Source: Polyangiales bacterium (GTDB taxonomy: Bacteria > Myxococcota_A > Polyangia > Polyangiales > Ga0077539). From it: DNA of 64,000 bases. The stretch is taken from the NCBI GenBank assembly GCA_044229975.1, contig JBGARZ010000010.1:318009-382008 (forward strand), written 5' to 3'. Below are positions 58,884-64,000 of this stretch, in pieces (within the stretch, counting starts at the first letter, position 1; the number at the start of each line of letters is the position of its first letter). The position numbers were made by a program, and so were the translations under genes. Below the pieces are notes generated by a model, which was given only the letters and a program-made list of their open reading frames with translations, was not told where the DNA came from and did no database searches.

Positions 58884-60239
58884 TCACCGCCCCGCGAGCC
58901 GCACCCGCAGCCCGTCGCCCGCCTGTCGCAGCGTCACCGATGGCTTGAACGCCAGCTTCTGCCCCGGCAGCAGATCGAGCCGCCAGCGCCCGACGATCAC
59001 CGCCAGCATCAGCGTCGCTTCGAGCGTCGCGAAGTGGTTGCCGATGCACACCCGCGGGCCGCCGCCGAAGGGGAAGTACGCGTACCGCGGAATCTCCTTC
59101 CCGCGCTCGCCCGCCCACCGATCGGGGTCGAAGCCCTCCGGGTTGGGAAACCACCGCGGGTCGTGGTGCACCACCCACTGGCTCGTCAGGATCTGCGCGC
59201 CCTTCGGGATGCGATACCCACCAACATCCACGTCCTCGGCGGCCTCACGCCCCGTCGTCCAAGCGGGCGGATACAAGCGCATCGACTCCCTGATGACGCG
59301 CTCGGCGTAGGGCAGCGAGCGCACATCATCGGCCGTCGGCAGTCGGTCGCCGACCACCGCGGCGAGCTCGGCGTGCAGGCGTCGCTCGACCTCGGGGTGC
59401 GTGCTCAGGAGGTACAGCGTGTGGGCCAGCGTGAGCGCGGTGGTCTCGTGCCCCGCGAGGAAGAGCGTCATCGCCTCGTCGCGGAGCTGGCGGTCGCTCA
59501 TGCGCGCGCCGTCGTCGTCCTGCGCCGCGAGCAGCGTGCCTAGCAGGTCTTCGCGGGCCTCCCCCGCGCGACGCTTCGCGATGATGCGGTAGATGAGCTC
59601 GTCGAGGCGCTCGACCGCGGCCGTCACGCGGCGGTTGCGCGGCGTCGGAACCCACGCGGGCAGCAGAACGATCGCCTCGGGGCTGTTGGCGAAGAACTCG
59701 TTCACGATCTCCATGGACTCGCGCACCTGCTCGATGTCGGCGTGCGTGAGGCCCGACCCGAAGAGCACGTCGGCCACGACCTCCATGGTGAGCCGCGACA
59801 TCTCCTGGTGGAGGTTGATCACCGCACGGTCGCGCCACGGCGCGAGACCCGCGTCGGTCACGCGCGCCATCGCTGCCCCGTACGACTGGATGCGCCGCGG
59901 AACAAACGCCTGCGACATCAGCTTGCGCTGGCTCTTCCAGAGGTCGCCGTCGCTGGTGAGGAGCCCTTTGCCGATGGCGCGTTCGAGCACGACCGAGTGG
60001 CGGTCGCGCAGCATGATGCGCGCGTGCTTCACGAGCACCGCCTCGACGTCGTCGGGGTGCGACACGAGGAAGTACGTCTGGCCGAGGAGCTCGATGCGCG
60101 CCACGTCGCCGTACTCGTCGGCGATGGCGCGCAGCAGCCCGAGCTGGTCGCGCGCGAAGCCCGCGAGGTTGCGCAGACCAAAGGTGCCCGGAGGACCGGG
60201 CGCGCGGCGCGAGGAGGCGGAAGGGGCGGGGGCGTTCAT
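58884..60239 (-). CDS. Cytochrome P450
   Basis: AGHETT I-helix, ESMRLYPP (ExxR), FDPDRW, FGGGPRVCIG heme ligand. Confidence 0.95.
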   Translation of the reverse strand: MNAPAPSASSRRAPGPPGTFGLRNLAGFARDQLGLLRAIADEYGDVARIELLGQTYFLVSHPDDVEAVLVKHARIMLRDRHSVVLERAIGKGLLTSDGDLWKSQRKLMSQAFVPRRIQSYGAAMARVTDAGLAPWRDRAVINLHQEMSRLTMEVVADVLFGSGLTHADIEQVRESMEIVNEFFANSPEAIVLLPAWVPTPRNRRVTAAVERLDELIYRIIAKRRAGEAREDLLGTLLAAQDDDGARMSDRQLRDEAMTLFLAGHETTALTLAHTLYLLSTHPEVERRLHAELAAVVGDRLPTADDVRSLPYAERVIRESMRLYPPAWTTGREAAEDVDVGGYRIPKGAQILTSQWVVHHDPRWFPNPEGFDPDRWAGERGKEIPRYAYFPFGGGPRVCIGNHFATLEATLMLAVIVGRWRLDLLPGQKLAFKPSVTLRQAGDGLRVRLAGR

Positions 60240-60310
60240 GGAGCCGTGAGGGTCTACCGTGCGGGGGCGGACCGCCAGATGGTCTTGAGCCCGCGCCGCG
60301 GGTGACGCCC

Positions 60311-61384
60311 CTACGCCCGCTGGCGCTCCCACTGCGCGAGCGCCTCGGCGGCGAGCGTGCGCGTGAGCTCGCCCGCGGGAAGCTCCCGCCCGAGCCGCGC
60401 GGCCTGACCCGACCACAGCGGCGAGAAGTCCCCCGACCCCGCTGCCTCCGACGTCGCCCGCAGGGGAGTCACGGCGCCGCCCGCGAGCGGAAACTCCGGC
60501 GCCAGCTCCGACATGGGACCGACCTCCCGCATCAGCCGATTGACGATGCCCCGCGCGGGCCTCCCGCTGAACACGTTGGTGAGCGCGGTGTGGTCGTCGT
60601 GAGCGTCACGCAGCGCCCGTCGGTGCGTCGCCGAGGCCGTCGACTCCGGGCAGCGCAGGAACGCCGTCCCGAGCTGCACCCCGGCCGCGCCCAGCGCGAA
60701 GGCCGCCACGATGCCGCGCGCGTCGCCGATGCCACCCGCGGCGATGACCGGCACCTTCACCGCGTCCACCACCTGCGGAACCAACGCCATCGTTCCTACC
60801 TGCCGCGTGATGTCATCGCTCAAGAACATCCCGCGGTGCCCACCGGCTTCGGCGCCCTGCGCGATGATGGCGTCGCAGCCGTGGTCTGCGAGCCAGCGGG
60901 CCTCGTCGACGGTGGTGGCCGACGAGATCACCTTCGCCCCAGTGGCGTGCACGCGGGCCACGAGCGCGTCGTCGGGCAGGCCGAAGTGGAAGCTCACCAC
61001 CTCGGTCTCGAACTCCTCGACCAGCGCACACGCCGCCTCGTCGAAGGCCGCGCGACCCGACGAGGTCGCTCGTGACGGGTCGACGCCGAGCTCGGCGTAG
61101 TAGGGCGCGAGACGGGCGCGCCAACGCTCTTCGCGCTCGGGGGAGGGCGAGGGTGATCGGTGGCAGAAGAAGTTGACGTTGAGGGGGCGCGACGTCGCCG
61201 CGCGGATGGCCTGGAGCTGGGCGCGGAGCTGATCGGGTGCGAGGAGCGCGCAGGGGAGAGAGCCGAGGCCGCCTGCGGCGGAGACGGCGATGGCCATGTC
61301 GGCGAGGGTCGACCCCGCCATCGGCGCCTGGAGGATGGGGAGCTCGATGCCGAAGAGATCGAGGAGGCGACGATCGGGCCACAT
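60311..61384 (-). CDS. Nitronate monooxygenase family flavoprotein
   Basis: PILQAPMAG, VSFHFGLP, QGAEAGGHRG, AAGGIGD, GVQLGTAFL, LWSGQ. Confidence 0.92.
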   Translation of the reverse strand: MWPDRRLLDLFGIELPILQAPMAGSTLADMAIAVSAAGGLGSLPCALLAPDQLRAQLQAIRAATSRPLNVNFFCHRSPSPSPEREERWRARLAPYYAELGVDPSRATSSGRAAFDEAACALVEEFETEVVSFHFGLPDDALVARVHATGAKVISSATTVDEARWLADHGCDAIIAQGAEAGGHRGMFLSDDITRQVGTMALVPQVVDAVKVPVIAAGGIGDARGIVAAFALGAAGVQLGTAFLRCPESTASATHRRALRDAHDDHTALTNVFSGRPARGIVNRLMREVGPMSELAPEFPLAGGAVTPLRATSEAAGSGDFSPLWSGQAARLGRELPAGELTRTLAAEALAQWERQRA

Positions 61385-61490
61385 GGGGTCAACGGCCTAC
61401 CACCGGCGTATGGCTGGAAGTAGTGGGGCCGCAGGAAACTGGAGCCGCCCCGCGTACCGGCGCTCTACTTGCGACAGAGGAGCAGCGCGC

Positions 61491-61958
61491 ATGGAACTGG
61501 AGAACCTTGAGCTGAGCAGGGAGATCGCGGCGTCGCCGGACGACGTCTACGCGGCGTGGATGGACGGAAAGAAGCACACGGCGTTCACGGGGGCGGAGGC
61601 CACGGTGGTCGCCCGCGTCGGCACCCGTCACACCGCCTGGGACGGGTACATCCACGGCTGGGTGTTGAAGGTTGGGCCCGGTCGGCGGGCGGTGCTCTCG
61701 TGGCGCACGTCGGACTTCGCGCCGACGGACATGGACTCCGTCGTCGAGCTCTCGGTCGAGCGCGCGAAGGGAGGCGCGCGGGTGAAGATCGTCCATTGGG
61801 AGATCCCCGAGGGGCAGGGCGCGCGCTACGCGAAGGGGTGGGAGGAGTTCTATTTCGCGCCGCTGGAGCGCTACTTCGCCGGACGCCCGACGAAGAAGGC
61901 ACCCACGAAGAAGAAGGCGCCCGCGAAGAAGAAGGCGCCCGCGAAGAAGAAGGCTTGA
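61491..61958 (+). CDS. SRPBCC/AHSA1 domain protein with Lys-rich tail
   Basis: GAGGAG RBS; VYAAWMD..H..FTG, AWDGYI.G, WRTSDF, GWEEFYF; KKAPAKKK repeats. Confidence 0.85.
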   Translation: MELENLELSREIAASPDDVYAAWMDGKKHTAFTGAEATVVARVGTRHTAWDGYIHGWVLKVGPGRRAVLSWRTSDFAPTDMDSVVELSVERAKGGARVKIVHWEIPEGQGARYAKGWEEFYFAPLERYFAGRPTKKAPTKKKAPAKKKAPAKKKA

Positions 61959-61965
61959 GCTCAGC

Positions 61966-63717
61966 TCACCGGCAGGTGAACGCCGGCGCGCGCCCGCTCG
62001 GCACGTCGTCGGTGTTGCCGCGCGCCATGCACGGCTCGTCCTCGCTCCACATGCGCCAGTCCATCGCGCGGCCCATGGTCGCCGCGTGCGCCCGCCACCG
62101 GGCGTACCCGTCGCTCGTCGCGGTCGCGCCCTCCGCGCGAAACACCGTCGGCGCCGCGCACATCCCCGCCGCCGTGTTGCGCCGCTGCTCGCCCGCGGCG
62201 TAGTCGAGCACCACGTCGGCCATCGCCGCGGTGGAGCTGTTCCAGCAGCAGGTGCGCGAGCGGTCGTAGGTCAGCTCGGAGAACACCCAGTCTTCCAACA
62301 GCCGGTGCGTGCCGTCGGTCTGCGCGCGCGTTCGTCCGGCCTCTTCCTCGATGCGGTAGAGGTCCTCGAAGGCGTCTTCGCGGCGGGCGCGCGCCGAGCA
62401 GCTCGCGGGGTACATCCGCAGGTGCATGCGCGCGGCGGTGATCTGCCCGAGCGCCGCGGCGCGACGGTCTTCGAGGCTCGGCACCACCAGGATCTCCCCG
62501 AAGCGCGCGGGTCGCGCCGCGATGGCGGTGAGGTCGGCCTCGTCGATGGTCTCCTCGCGGTCGCGCGTGGACACCTCGTTCATCCACTGGCCGTCGCGCA
62601 GGGCCGCGGTGCGCCAACGACGCAGTCCGCCGCCGAGCGACGCGTACGCCGCGCCGTCGGAGGTCTGTCCCTCGCCGCCCGTGTACTGGAGCGTGAAGTA
62701 CCGCCGCGCGCTCGCGGGCTCGTCCCACACCGGCTGCCGCCGCGGCATCGACCCGGAGATCACGTCCACCGCGAAGCGTCCTGGCATCGGCTCGCCCACC
62801 CGAACCACCGGGATGGTGTGACCGATGCCGTTGCGCTGCCAGCGCTCCAAGAGCACGTCGCCGGGCGAGACCGCCTCCGGGCGCACATGGAACATGTTGG
62901 CCGCGTCGGCGAGGTTGGCGCTCCCGAAGTACAGCAGCACCAGGCGCATGAAGTACCCGACGCGCTTGTTGAGGAACATCTCGTCGAAGTACGCGCCCGC
63001 CCCCGGCGCGCGCCCGCCCGTCGCCGGGAGCCACGGCACGGTGTCGTCGTCGCCGAGGTGGTAGCTGCGCAGCGTCGCGTCCTTCGGCCACGCCATGCCC
63101 GCGCGCCAGGAGCTCTCATGGTCGCGGTACGCCGTGCGGAAGAGGGGAAAGCGGGCGACGCGCTGGCCGGTGCGGTTCACGAAGCCGAAGTGACCGGCGT
63201 AGAGCACCTGCCGCCCCTGCGAGTCCCAGCCCTGGAGGAAGAACGGCAGGTGGTAGAAGCTCGCGAAGGCCACGCGCAGAAACACCGCCGTCTCCGCGCA
63301 CTCCAGCGTCGGCGCGCCGATGACGCGGTCGCCGTTGGGCGTCGGGATCTGGATGGTGTTGCCGTACCCACCGTCGCGCGGCACGCGGCGGAAGGAGTTG
63401 AGCCAGCGCTCGTACTTCTGCTCCCAGTCCAGCCCGGAGCCCGCGGGCCACGCGATGCCCGCGGCGCGCGCGGCGGCGGTGTCCGTGTCGCTCCAGCGGT
63501 TGGTGACCGACCACACCTCGGTCGATGCGCCCGCGGCGACACGGGGTCCGCCCTGCTGGATGCGCACCTCGTCGGGCAGCACCGTGGTCACGCCGTCGAG
63601 GCCCGTCTCCGCGGCCGCCTCGTCGAAGGCCGACGGCGGTTCGGCCGCGCAGCCCCCGACGATGGAGAACGCTACCGCTGCCGCCCAGACCCTGAAGTGG
63701 TGGTTGGTGTGACCCAT
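61966..63717 (-). CDS. Hypothetical lipoprotein, possible papain/NlpC-like Cys-His enzyme
   Basis: Lipobox VGGC; LECAETA and PGDVLL...GHTIPV motifs. Confidence 0.7.
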   Translation of the reverse strand: MGHTNHHFRVWAAAVAFSIVGGCAAEPPSAFDEAAAETGLDGVTTVLPDEVRIQQGGPRVAAGASTEVWSVTNRWSDTDTAAARAAGIAWPAGSGLDWEQKYERWLNSFRRVPRDGGYGNTIQIPTPNGDRVIGAPTLECAETAVFLRVAFASFYHLPFFLQGWDSQGRQVLYAGHFGFVNRTGQRVARFPLFRTAYRDHESSWRAGMAWPKDATLRSYHLGDDDTVPWLPATGGRAPGAGAYFDEMFLNKRVGYFMRLVLLYFGSANLADAANMFHVRPEAVSPGDVLLERWQRNGIGHTIPVVRVGEPMPGRFAVDVISGSMPRRQPVWDEPASARRYFTLQYTGGEGQTSDGAAYASLGGGLRRWRTAALRDGQWMNEVSTRDREETIDEADLTAIAARPARFGEILVVPSLEDRRAAALGQITAARMHLRMYPASCSARARREDAFEDLYRIEEEAGRTRAQTDGTHRLLEDWVFSELTYDRSRTCCWNSSTAAMADVVLDYAAGEQRRNTAAGMCAAPTVFRAEGATATSDGYARWRAHAATMGRAMDWRMWSEDEPCMARGNTDDVPSGRAPAFTCR

Positions 63718-63769
63718 GACGCCGACCGTATCGCATCGGTCCGCGCCGGCATCAACAGGGGGTCAAATC

Positions 63770-64000
63770 AGGGCCCACTCCGTAGCGCCAGCAACGCGCG
63801 CTACGGTCAGGCCCGCGGTCACCGGGGCCCACGCCGCGACGTCAGCGCGGCACGCCACCGTCAGGCCCGCAGTCACCAGGGCCCACGCCGCAGCGTCAGC
63901 GCGGCGCGCTACGGTCAGGCCCGCAGTCACCGCCGGAACGACTCATCGGGTCTCGTGGGGCTACGGGACTCGACTGCGGGCCTGAGCGGTGCGCGCCGCG
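63770..64000. repeat. 54-bp tandem repeat (about three copies) followed by an inverted copy
   Basis: ctacggtcaggcccgc-like unit at 63801, 63855, 63909; 63972-64000 is a reverse-complement copy of 63900-63928. Confidence 0.85.

Noticed and set aside
58884..61958. P450, nitronate monooxygenase and SRPBCC as a biosynthetic cluster
   Set aside because: No scaffold-forming enzyme or precursor peptide nearby; genes look independent
63770..63932. CRISPR array
   Set aside because: Units are contiguous 54-bp tandem copies without unique spacers; no cas genes in the window

Overview
64 kb of a high-GC (by eye about 70-75%) bacterial chromosome. Gene content points to Myxococcota (Polyangiales-like): Myxococcus Cys-rich repeats, eukaryote-like Ser/Thr kinases, and many TPR, HEAT, FG-GAP and Cys-rich lipoproteins. 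About 50 CDS can be supported. They include housekeeping genes (manC, pmm/pgm, ROK kinase, sppA, aspC, pcnB, slyD, gpmI, dnaB, alaA, phoD, M1 aminopeptidase, P450) and many secreted proteins. Three two-gene accessory cassettes with lower GC lie between 10.7 and 23.7 kb. (1) An ABC/AAA ATPase with a fused AbrB/MazE-like tail, coupled to a PIN nuclease. (2) An ABC/AAA ATPase plus a TOPRIM-like protein. (3) The best candidate for an undescribed system: a SAM-methyltransferase-fold gene translationally coupled to a non-retron, non-intron reverse transcriptase, flanked by non-coding DNA that can fold into nested stems. Three unrelated intergenic palindrome/repeat elements are present (44.2 and 51.1 kb, 53.9 kb, 63.8 kb). 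Many genes have a TANNNT box 6-11 nt before the start codon, which suggests leaderless expression. I saw no rRNA, tRNA, CRISPR array, integrase or transposase. All calls come from reading motifs by eye, with no database searches.
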